NCBI GenBank assembly: GCA_951406725.2
Contig: OX597822.1
Location: 30,442,001 to 30,506,000, forward strand
Direction: 5' to 3'
Source: Octopus vulgaris
Taxonomy: Eukaryota
DNA: 64,000 nt
The first letter of the stretch is position 1. Every line of letters starts with the position of its first letter. A model generated the notes under the pieces. The model worked only from the letters and a program-made list of their open reading frames with translations. It did not search any database and was not told where the DNA came from. Of the stretch, positions 27,261-38,791 are shown in pieces. A program made the position numbers and the translations under genes.

Positions 27261-27262
<2 letters not shown>
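26749..27262 (+). mobile_element. non-autonomous Helitron
   Basis: 5' TCTATATATATAAAAC, 3' hairpin CCCGAGCAACGCCGGG then CTAG followed by T, no target duplication, embedded in (TA)n. Confidence 0.82.
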
Positions 27263-27295
<33 letters not shown>

Positions 27296-27504
27296 TACAG
27301 AGCTAGATTAACCATTATGCAAAATAAGCACGTGCGCAGAGCATCAAAGGAATAATGGGTACCTCAGAATTGATATATGGCTCACGGCACAAAAGTAATC
27401 ACTTTAAACGTGCTAGAATAAGATTCGAAGTATTTTCTTATGATCGGAAATATAAATTGGAAGCACAAAAAAGATAAATATTATTTTCCATGTTACTAAG
27501 ACAC

Positions 27505-27715
27505 TGAACTGGCAGAATCGTTAGCCCGCTGGGCGAAATGCCTAGCGATATTTTGCCCTTGCTTACGTTCTGAGTTCAAATTCTACGGAGGTCGACTCTG
27601 CATTTCGTCCCTTGAGTGTCAATATATTAAGTGCCAGTAAAACTCTGGGGTCGATGTAATTGACTAGTCTCCTCCCCCAAAATATAAAACCTTGTGCCTA
27701 TACTAGGAAGGATTA
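27505..27715 (+). mobile_element. SINE family D
   Basis: Family D core. Confidence 0.75.
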
Positions 27716-27979
27716 CTTTCCATCTTACTGTTAGTTTTGTTTAATATTTGAAACATAAAAAATTATTTTATAGTTTATTATTGCTTATATTTTAAATTAC
27801 ATATATATATGGGGGCATTAAAAAATATATAAATTAAATTATAATTAAGGGTATCTAAGAGAAACCACCATGCTAGATATAGCAGCCAAAACTTGACTCT
27901 AAAACCACATTAAATGTTCATACAGCACCAGGAGTTAAGACAAAGATACAAAATACACTGGCAAAAAAATTATTGGATA

Positions 27980-28038
27980 ATTCCAGATCCCGGATTTCTG
28001 ACTCTGCATAAGAAATGCTTCGCCTTCATCAGTGGAAT
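27980..28038 (-). ncRNA. type I hammerhead-ribozyme-like motif
   Basis: Minus strand reads ATTCCA CTGATGA AGGC...GTCA GAAA TCCGGGA TC TGGAAT. Confidence 0.5.
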
Positions 28039-28218
28039 ATCTATGACATTTTTTACTCTCCATCCGCCAGCATTATAGCTATTACTTAATTCCGAGGTCT
28101 CAGAAACGGCTTTGGGACTTAAAATACCATGCATTCTCCCCTTATTTTTTCGGTACCATTATACACAATGTAGTTCTGTTCTGAACATATAAAGATATAT
28201 ATATGCTGAAACATGAAT

Positions 28219-28277
28219 ATTCCACTGATGAAGGCAAAAAAATTCTTATGCGGATCCGGAAATCCGGGATCTGGAAT
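28219..28277 (+). ncRNA. type I hammerhead-ribozyme-like motif
   Basis: Stem I ATTCCA/TGGAAT, core CTGATGA and GAAA, near-loopless stem III ATCC/GGAT, AUC triplet ending at 28271; stem II is weak. Confidence 0.55.
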
Positions 28278-28491
28278 TATCCAATAATTTCTTTTTGGTA
28301 GTTTATTTTGTCTGTCTTCTCTCCTGGTGCTGTATGAACATTTAATTTGCTTTTAGAGTCAATATTCGACTACTATATCTTGCATTAATTATGATTTTAA
28401 TAATAATTATTACCTATGAGGTTGTTATTCACATGCTGGCCACCTGCTATGATCAGTATTTTAAATAACGATCTTATCCTTATTTATATAA

Positions 28492-28549
<58 letters not shown>

Positions 28550-28689
28550 ATATATACATATATATAGTGGAGAAGATATGATATTGCTATGGGCTCGCTC
28601 TAGGCAAGAAGTTGAACATTTATTTTGCCCATGAAACTACATGGACCCAAAGTAAGACATGTATAAAATTTGAATGAAATTGGTTGTGT

Positions 28690-28757
28690 AGTTCTCAAGT
28701 TTTAGGGAAACACACAGACAGACAGACACACATACTCAGTTTTATATATATAAAGAT
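28690..28757 (-). mobile_element. Helitron-like 5' end
   Basis: Minus strand TCTTTATATATATAAAACTGAGTATGTGTGTCTGTCTG; 3' end not found. Confidence 0.45.
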
Positions 28758-28783
28758 ATATATGTGTGTGTGTGTGCGCGCGC

Positions 28784-28841
<58 letters not shown>

Positions 28842-29721
28842 GTGTGTGTGTGTGTAATGGATAATAAAACCATTGGTTTTCACGGAAGTGATTCTTTCAG
28901 TTTCGTCTGCTGAAACCGCCTTCACACGGTTTTGGTCGGCCCAAGGTTGTAGTAGAAGACATTTGCCTCCAAGGTGCCACGGATTGGAACTGAACCCACG
29001 ACCACGTGGTTGCAAAGTAAGATTCTCGTCCACTCAGCTGCACCTGCCATACTGGCTTGGTTTGGCTTCATATATATATATATATATCTTAATAAATGAA
29101 ATAAAACATATGCATATATATAAACATATATGTACGTACCTACCTCTACATGTACATATACACGCATGTATGAGTACAGGACACCAAAGGGACGTCGAAC
29201 ACAAAGAGAAACGAAAACATAGACACAAACCAAAGGAACTGGACATTTTTTTAAAAACAACAAAAAATGGAGTACAGGACAAACAAAAATCCCTCTTAAA
29301 TGAGAAGGGGAGTAGTATTGAAGGAGGTGGTGGAATTTAATACTTTGGGCAAAAGAGAAACAGTTGTAAGTGAACAGTCTTGAATTTTTGCAGTTAATAA
29401 ACTATATTAACGCTAGTTCTCCATTTTCTGGATGTTAATTTGAATATTTATAAACCAAGATTTATACTTAAAACTATTATTTCAGGAATATTACTATTCA
29501 TATCAAAATAATAGGTAACAAACCAGTAATTTACTGGATATTTTCTATCCCTTAAAGTGTTTTCTATTCTCTCTCTGTTTATTTCATCGTGTTCCTTTCT
29601 GTGGAAGAGCGTAGGCTCGAAACGTAAGAGATTTTCTCATCTTCCTGAGTGTCAAACTAATACACTTGGTTGTTGCTTATACACCTGTCTTTGTCTTTTG
29701 TTTTTCTTTAAATTTCAACTG

Positions 29722-29726
29722 TCTAC

Positions 29727-29815
<89 letters not shown>
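29722..29815. repeat. (TATC)n microsatellite
   Basis: Read directly from sequence. Confidence 0.97.
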
Positions 29816-29816
<1 letters not shown>

Positions 29817-30256
29817 GTCTGTAATGGGGTAGAAAGGGCTCCTTAGCCGTAGTGAAGGCAATCTATCTAGGGAGATAACCTTACAATAAATCACTGGGTC
29901 CGTAGCTTAGAAATACTGGGTTGACGTCCAGCGGGAACAGCTTTGTTTCATGGAGGAGGAAAGATCTTCTTTAGTACTTGGTTGTACAATGCTTTCCAAT
30001 GTGTGTAGTAGTGGCGCGTGCACACATTATTAGCCATTTGAAAAGACTATGAAAGTCTCGACCACGGTCGAACAATGATGATGAATGATGATCTGTCTGT
30101 CTATCTGTCTGTCTGCCTATACATACATATATATACACGCAGATATATATATGTATATGTATGTGCGTATGTGTGCATGTAGGTATGTATGTATGCATGA
30201 ATGTATATATACGTATGTGTAATTATATATATATACATACACATATATATATACGT

Positions 30257-30550
30257 GGAGGCGTAATGGCCCAGTGGTTAGGGCGGCGGACTCGCGGTTT
30301 CGATTCCCAGATCAGGCGTTGTGAGTGTTTATTGAGCGAAAACACCTAAAGGTCCTGTCGGCAGGGGGTGGTGGCGTTCCCTGCTGTACTCTTTCGCCGC
30401 AACTTTCTCTCACTCATTCTTCTGTTGGCCTGCTCGCTTAGCCAGAGGGATGGCGTCATTTGCAGGCTAAAACAATGCGAAGCGCACTGTGACCAGCGAT
30501 GTGTAGCAACATCGGATAGCCTGGTCGGTTAAGGTGATACGGTTACGGTG

Positions 30551-30552
<2 letters not shown>
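30257..30552 (+). mobile_element. SINE family B, tail type 2
   Basis: Family B head; tail GGCCTGCTCGCTTAGCCAG...GATGTGTAGCAACATC shared with 57739, 47978 and 53648. Confidence 0.85.
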
Positions 30553-30583
<31 letters not shown>

Positions 30584-31464
30584 TAAACATATACATGTAT
30601 TTGTGTGTTTGTGTATGTGTGTATTTGTTTATTTTCGTGCGCATATATATACACAAACACACACATACACGTGTATGTGTGTATGTGTGTGTATATTTGT
30701 GTATGTTTTATGCACATATATATATGCTTGTATATATGTATGTATGCGTATGTGTGTATGGAGTGTATGGTGTGTGTGTGTATGTGTGAGTACGTACGTA
30801 GCTACACTCCATTCCTTACAGGATGGTGAATAACACGCTAAATATATAATGACGATTGACGGACGTCTTACGGGTAATGAATATCATTCCGCCAGGAAAG
30901 TTATATGTTAATTTACGCCTGTCTTTATTTATTTACATTTTCCTCAATGTATTAATAGTTTGCGTAGGTGTAAAGAATGAGCATAACTATTAGACATAAC
31001 TATAGAAGATAATACACCTTAGAAGATATTTAGAAGGATAGGCATAATCGACAATGTCTTTATTTTCTACTGTACTGTTACGTTTTTTTTCTCTGTCAAC
31101 GATTAATTGTGTTTTTGTTGTTTCTATATGTGTGTGAGTGTATGTATGTGAGTGTGTATGTAGGTGTATCAATGTGTGTGTCGAGTGTGCGTTAGTCATT
31201 ATTTGCCGAATACCTACTGTATCAAAGATTGCATTTTTCATTCTTCTAATGTGTATTAATGCGCAGGCGAACTAGCATATATTCGTGTATACACACACAC
31301 ACACACACATATATATATACACACATACAAATGCACTCTCTCCCTTTCTCTCTCTCTCTCTCGCTCACACACATATATGAATATATTCGTATATATATAA
31401 TCATATACACACATAGATACATACATACACACACACACACTCATAATTATATATAGACATATAT

Positions 31465-31884
31465 AGGCGCAGGAGTGGCTGTGTGGTAAGTAGCTTGCTA
31501 ACCAACTACATGGTTCCGGGTTCAGTCCCACTGCGTGGCATCTTGGGCAAGTGTCTTCTGCTATAGCCCCGGGCCGACCAATGCCTTGTGAGTGGATTTG
31601 GTAGACGGAAACTGAAAGAAGCCTGTCGTATATATGTATATATATATATATGTATGTGTGTGTATATGTTTGTGTGTCTGTGTTTGTACCCCTAGCATTG
31701 ATTGACAACCGATGCTGGCGTGTTTACGTCCCCGTCACTTAGCGGTTCGGCCAAAGAGACCGATAGAATAAGTACTGGGCTTACAAAGAATAAGTCCCGG
31801 GGTCGATTTGCTCGATTAAAGGCGGTGCACCAGCATGGCCGCAGTCATATGACTGAAACAAGTAAAAGAGTAAGAGTAAAGAGT
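31465..31884 (+). mobile_element. SINE family A, full length
   Basis: GGCGCAGGAGTGGCTGTGTGG through GTAAAAGAGTAAGAG. Confidence 0.9.
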
Positions 31885-32324
31885 AATATACATACATGCT
31901 AATACGTACGTACACCACAATCCAAACGTTCACCTACACGTTGACAGATATTTAATTATATACATGTGCATCCGAGCATAGTCTGTAGATCTGTCTGTCT
32001 ATCTATCTATCTATCTATCTATCTCAACCTTTCTCTCCTTCTTTCTCCCTATCTTTCTATCTATGTATTTATCTCTCTCTCTCTCTATCTATCTATCTAC
32101 ACACTCATGCACATACCTTCACATACACGCACACACACACACACACACACACACGAACACACACACATACACACAAACATATATATGTTCAAACATAATG
32201 AATCACATCGTTGCTATTCCTAGCTTCTCGTTACGTGGGACGTGCCGCATTGGCAAGTAGATAATAAATAGATTTGTAGAAGCTGAACTGTTCAATGGAC
32301 CACACCAGCCAGCATGTCATGTGC

Positions 32325-32445
32325 ATGCCAGCACGTCTCATATGCGTATATGCAGTCACTGTGGCCAGAACATCTCATATACGTATATGCAATTACTGTT
32401 GCCAGCACATAAGCACATCTGATATACGGATATGTAAGCACTGTC
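32325..32445. repeat. degenerate minisatellite, about 37-bp unit, three copies
   Basis: GCCAG(C/A)AC...TCTCATAT(G/A)CGTATATGCA..(C/T)ACTGT units. Confidence 0.7.
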
Positions 32446-32794
32446 AATGCCATACAAATACTCTTCACATCCGCCAAAAGTAATTTCTGCAACACAGCAA
32501 CACATAATTTAGAATAAGTATCCTATAATGTAACTTCTCTATAAAGCAAAAATAACAAACGCATCCTCCGTCAATCCTAACTACTTAGGATTAATATAAG
32601 ATACTTTTCAAACCGGATTTCTAGGCACGTTCACTTAATACCGTTAGAACTAAATGTTAGCTGAAGTATCATCGAAACTGCAAAATGATATTCGAATGGG
32701 TGAAAGAGGTGCAGCTTATATTTCGAAGAAAAATGTAACTTCTTGGTACTGTTTTAGTTTATAGAACAATAGGTCTGAGTTGTTATTCACATAC

Positions 32795-33190
32795 TCGTTT
32801 ACTTGTTTCAGTCATTTGACTGCGGCCATGCTGGAGCACCGCCTTTAGTCGAGCAAATCGACCCCAGAATTTATTCTTTGTAAGCATGGTACTTATTCTA
32901 TCGGTCTCTTTTACCGAACCGCTAAGTTACGGGGAGGTAAACACACCACCATCGGTTGTCAAGCGATGTTGGGGGGGACAAACACAAACACATAAACATA
33001 TACACACACGTACATATATATACATTTATACGACGGGCTTCTTTCAGTTTCCGTCTACCAAATCCACTCACAAGGCTTTGGCCGGCCCGAGGCTATAGTA
33101 GAAGACACTTGCCCAAAGTGCCACGCAGTGGGACTGAACCCGGAACCATGTGGTTGGTAAGCAAGCTACTTACCACACATCCATTCCTGC
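32795..33190 (-). mobile_element. SINE family A, full length
   Basis: Reverse complement of family A. Confidence 0.9.
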
Positions 33191-34274
33191 AGATATATGA
33201 AAAAATTTACCGTGACAAACTTTGATTCGCAGATGAGATAACAACCTTATCACATACCACACACATCATTGACTAAAACATCACACAGTAGTAATTATTC
33301 TTTATACAGCATCCCACCGCTTTCTTAATTGCCACCTAGTGTTTCATATCTCTTCTAGACACGGCACAGACTGAACATTGCTACAGAAATAATCCCACAT
33401 ATATCATGCTCGAAGGTGCTCACAATTAATATTTGATTAAAGCTAACCAACGAAAATTGAACAACACAAATTTTATCCTGTTTATTCTAGAATTCCTTGT
33501 CCAATTTACTTCGTGCAACAATACACGTTGCCTAAATGATCGACCTAACTCCCAAACGCTGATTAACAACGTAGGGAACATCGATTTGAGCAAACAAAAT
33601 TTCATAATTCATTCGGCTCCTTGCCCTTCATTTGCATTTGCAAACACACACACAAGTCCCCGCACACGCACACACAAACACACAAACACACACTTAGATA
33701 TCGTATATATGCGTGTATGTGTTTGTGAGTGTGTCTTTATGCGTGTGTATACATCTGTGTGCGCATGATAAACACAAATGGAAACAGTCATACGTACGCA
33801 CACACTGAAGATATATGCACAAAACAAGGTGGAGAAAATAGCACTTGAATACTAAGGATACTTTAAATAAAAACTTTTTTTTTGAAGCTGAATGAAAACT
33901 TTACGAGGTATCACTCAGGGTCTCAGGTAACCGATCATCGGAAGGGGTGAACTGTTGAAATTTATCTTCCGTCTGACGATCGGTTGCGTGAAAATTATTT
34001 TGTGGGCAATTTTAGCTTCAATAAAACTCTCCTACACGTTCTCTCTCTCTCTCTCTCATTCTCTCTCTCCCTCTCCATCTGTCTGTCTCTTATACCTATG
34101 AGTTTATATACGTATATACATACATTACATAAAACATGCATGCACACACCTGCATATGTATTTAGGTATATATGTATATATGTATATATGTACCTATTAT
34201 TGTATGCATGCAAGCATATATGTATTTACGTATGTATGTTTGTATGTATGCATGTATATATATATATAACTTAT

Positions 34275-34395
34275 AGAATACTAATGCCAATATGCCGAAA
34301 ACAAGACAAAATTGTCAATAACCATTATATTTTACGCATAAATTATAATGGTTATTGACAATTTTGTTTTTTTCGGCATATTGACACTAGAATTT
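34275..34395. repeat. hairpin / MITE-like inverted repeat
   Basis: CAATATGCCGAAAA...ACAAAATTGTCAATAACCATTATA pairs with TATAATGGTTATTGACAATTTTGT...TTTTCGGCATATTG. Confidence 0.85.
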
Positions 34396-34544
34396 TTCTT
34401 TTGCCCTTATTTTATAGGTTATTTATTTTATAAGTTATTTATAAATTTAACCTTTAAAGGTATTTTTTGATATGCTGGCCATTGATAACATTTTTTTCGA
34501 AAAAAAAATTATCCTACATTAGTTGTATATATGTACAACTTAGA

Positions 34545-37500
34545 ACAAGGCAAACATCAAACTCCCCTTACCTCGACATTCCTGTTAAATGTACGTGGCA
34601 TCAATCCATCAATTATTGCCCAAAAATGGAAGATCCCATATATAGAGAGTTGGCTTTCCGAAACGGCTCATTGCTTCCCTTTCTTTATCCTTACCGAGAC
34701 TCACCTGAACAACACCCATATGGACGCCTAGGTGAAAATAAAAGATTTCACCATTGTTCGTGCGGATCGCACAGACCGAAATAAGGGAGGGACAGCCATC
34801 TTTATCCAGGACTCCTTTTCACTTGATGCCAAGGACATATTTTCCAATGGCTATTGTGAATCTGTATCACTATTCAGCAAGGCCAAGGACATAATCATTG
34901 TTGGTCTTTACAGGCCTCCCCAAGCACCTCTAAAGTGATTTGAAGAGTGCCTTAGTAAAGTCAAGTCCTTCCTTCGGAAGTACAACTCCGGAAACATACT
35001 AGTGATGGGTGATTTTAACCTCCCTCATGTGAACTGGCCCACAAATACTCTGAAGTTAGGAAAATGATCTACATCAGCTAGAGCAGCAGCAGAACTGCTC
35101 TTTAATCTAATGGATGAATACTTCCTGACTCAGCTAGTGCTCGAACCAACGAGACAGAATAAAACTATCTTGGATCTGGTATTGACCAATCACTCTAGCT
35201 TCGTTCACAGTATTTCAGTTGAAAAAACTCTCCTCTCAGACCACGACATGATACTCTGCAATTTCAATTCCCGACATATAAAAACCAAACCAGCCAATCC
35301 CACTCCATGGCGCTCATTTGACAACATAAACTTCCACAAAGCGGACTGGGGAGCAATCAGAAAGGATCTGTCTTGCATCGACTGGTCTTTTACTCTCAAT
35401 TCCACCAATACTGAGACCGCATGGCAGCACTTTGAAAAATTTGTCACCTATACATGCTCTAAACACGCTCCCACGAAATCTACTACCACAAACAGAAACC
35501 GGCTCCCTAAAAAGAAAACAAACACTCGTCAGGCGCATCAAAAGACTCAACAAAAAAATCAACCAATTAAAATATTCCCACATACAACATCCAAATTCAA
35601 CAACAATGAAAAGGCTAGAGCTGGAAAAACTTCATCTACAGAACGACATGAAAACCTCCATTGAAAATCAAAGAGCTGTGGAGGAACAGTGGGTAATCAA
35701 AAACATCAAACAGAACCCAAAAGTGTTCTATTCTTATGCAAATAAGCATAGAACCACTGTCTCACCCATTGGGCCATTGATTGATGATAACGTCATTCCC
35801 CAACACGATGCTAAAGAAATGGCAGAAATACTGCAGAAACAATACTGCTCTGTCTTTAGTGTTCCCACTGATATTGACGCAAGTTAAGCGAACGAAGTTG
35901 ACTCTCAACATAAAATCTCAGACATAACCTTCACTGCCACTGACATCACAGCAGCAATAAATGAGGTCAAATACTACTCTGCTGTAGGCCCTGATAGATT
36001 CCCCGCTAGTCTCCTGAATGAATGTAGACGCCAACTTGAAGTGCCTCTGACCAACCTCTGGAGAAATTCATTAGACGCAGGTTATATACCGAAACAGTTT
36101 CTATCCCAGTCAGTCATCCCGGTTTTCAAACAGGGAAACAGATCCCTCGCACTCAACTATCGCCCAATCTCACTCACCTCCCACATCATCAAAGTGTTTG
36201 AAAGAGTGTTAATATCAAGGATAGCTGACTTCCTGGAGACCCACAAACTCCTAAATGCAAATCAGCATAGCTTTCGCTGTGGCAGGGACTGTCTAACACA
36301 GCTCTTACAACACATTGAAGATGTACTCAAAGCCTTGAGAACAGGTTCGAACTCTGATGTCATATATCTTGACTTCAGTAAAGCGTTCGACAGGGTAGAC
36401 CATAATATCCTACTCTCAAAATTGGCAAACGTTGGAATCCGTGGAAAAGTTCTACGCTGGATTAAGTATTTCCTGGCGAATAGAACACAACATGTTGTAG
36501 TTGATGGAGTCCACTCAAGCCCAGCAAAAGTCACCAGCGGTGTCCCCTAGGGGACTGTCTTGGGTCCGCTACTCTTCATAATTTACATAAACGACCTTTC
36601 CAGTGTCGTACATTACTGCAAAGTGAAAATATTTGCTGATGACACTAAGCTCCAGCAAATCGTCAATGAAGAAGCAGACCGAGCTCAACTCCAGTCTGAT
36701 CTATATGCTGTGAGTCAATGGGCAGACAGAAACAAAATGCAACTGAACGAGGGAAAATTTGAGTTGATGCATTTTGGAAGAAATTCCTCACTAAAACAGC
36801 CATACTCTCTTCCTTCAGGGGAACCGCTCACAGCCTCTAACAATATCAGAGACCTGAATGTAATTGTTGATGACGATCCCAGTTGGAGTGCACACATCAA
36901 CAAGAAGGTCGATATAGCTCGTAGGATGAGTTCCTGGATTTTAAGAACTTTCCGGTCCAGAGAACAAGGTGTCATCATATCACTTTTCTCCTCCTTTGTA
37001 CGGCCACACCTCGAATACTGCTGCCCACTGTGGTCTCCCCATACAAGACAAAACATCTCGAGGATTGAATCACCCCAGAGAGCACTCACTAAACGAATTG
37101 AAGGCATGGCTGCTCTCGATTATTGGGATCGCCTTAAAGCGTTGAAACTCTACTCTCTCCAGCGTCGCCGTGAGCGGAACATCATTTGTACGATGTGGAG
37201 AATATACCGCCAACTTTGCCCAAACGACCTGAACATTAGCTTCAAGGTTCATCCAAGACTGGGACCACGCGCCATACGTCCCCTGCCCAATTCAAGATCA
37301 CAACATACATGTACACTACAACATAATTTCTTTTCCTCAACAGGCCCTGCCCTATTTAACATTGTCCCGAAAGAGATCAAAGAGCAACAGGATCCCATCA
37401 ACTTTAAACGGAGTCTGGATAGATTCCTTCAAAGAATACCAGATAAGCCACCCATAATTGGATACAACTCACCCAACAAAAACTCACTACTTGAATGGAC

Positions 37501-37609
37501 CATAAACAAAACTTGACTTAACAGGATTCAAATAATCCTATCAAGTGGTGCTATTAAGTTAGACATGGCCTGGACCAATCATTGGTCGAAACATATCTAA
37601 GTTATCTAA

Positions 37610-37610
<1 letters not shown>
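34545..37610 (+). mobile_element. CR1-group LINE, second subfamily, near-complete decayed ORF2
   Basis: LLNVRGI, LTETHL, GGTAIFI, GLYRPP, GDFNLP, SDHD, YRPISLTS, YLDFSKAFD, FADD, RPHLEYC motifs; several stops and frameshifts; ends TCTAAGTTATCTAAG then (TA)n. Confidence 0.95.
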
Positions 37611-37702
<92 letters not shown>

Positions 37703-37924
37703 CACGCATACGCATACATAGATTGTTAGCGATCGAGGTAGTAAAAACCTCCTGCAGAATGGGACAACAGTTCATTTCAGGTCTGGCCATGATATTTTCT
37801 TATTAATTTTCAGCTCAGTGGACTGTGTCAACGGTAAATGATCTGCTTTGTTCAAGAACACCACCCGTCTGGGAACTGAAAAGCACCACTCCTTTTGGGA
37901 ATTGGAACTATTTATCTATCTATC

Positions 37925-38016
<92 letters not shown>

Positions 38017-38389
38017 GTTTGCGTATCTGGCTGTATATCTATCTCACCGTCCGACTGTCTGTATGTATGTACGTATGTATTTACGTAAGTATGAATGTAT
38101 GATTCTGTGCCTAGAATCAGAACTCAAGGCTTCTTGTTTCTTCTCTCTATTGTCATCCCGTCTCTTTGTAGGGCTATGAACAATTTACTCATATGTACAA
38201 TAAATGATGCTTTTATACTAATTGTTGTTCCCGATTTTGACATGATATCCACTTCAGAGAAGTAGTGACTCTCTATTTAAGCATATGTAATATTTTTGTT
38301 TGCGCCTATACATACACGTGCACTTACCCCACCGCGCACACACAATGACCTAAATGAAGTGAAACTAAAAAAGTAAAAGTTACAATATA

Positions 38390-38780
38390 TCTTTATATAT
38401 AAAAGAGAGGTTGTGTGCTGTCTGTCTCCTACGATTTAGATTTCTAACTACTCCCACATTTTGCGGTGCAGTTTAACCAAATCCGGGTATCTTATAGTCG
38501 TGATTCATATCGAGCCCTTCTGGGTATTAGCGCTCGTCTACGATGAGTCTACGATTAAAAAAAAATTACCATCAATTTTTCCCATTTTTAATGCATTTTT
38601 GTCATATATAAGGGAAGTAACTCTCTAAAAATTTATTATTAAATCTCTGAACGTAAAAAGCTACAGTAACACCCCACCTTTGTGGTTAGCCATATTGAGA
38701 TGGCTATTATACTTTACATCTCTAAAAATGCTTATATAGTTATTTCCCTTACAAACCCGAGCAACGACGGGCGATACTAG
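38390..38780 (+). mobile_element. non-autonomous Helitron, same family as 26749
   Basis: 5' TCTTTATATATAAAAG, shared first ~200 bp, 3' CCCGAGCAACGACGGG...CTAG followed by T. Confidence 0.82.
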
Positions 38781-38791
38781 TATATATATAT

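Larger units (their letters stand above)
27872..28384. repeat. inverted repeat (about 170-bp arms) of Penelope-like terminal sequence
   Basis: 27872-28040 is the imperfect reverse complement of 28217-28384. Confidence 0.85.

Noticed and set aside
30257-30330. tRNA genes at SINE heads (also 41226, 56796, 57739)
   Set aside because: A and B boxes are present but continue into repeat bodies with tails and target duplications, so these are SINEs
32325-32445. CRISPR-like array
   Set aside because: Units are contiguous and degenerate with no unique spacers, no cas genes and a eukaryotic context
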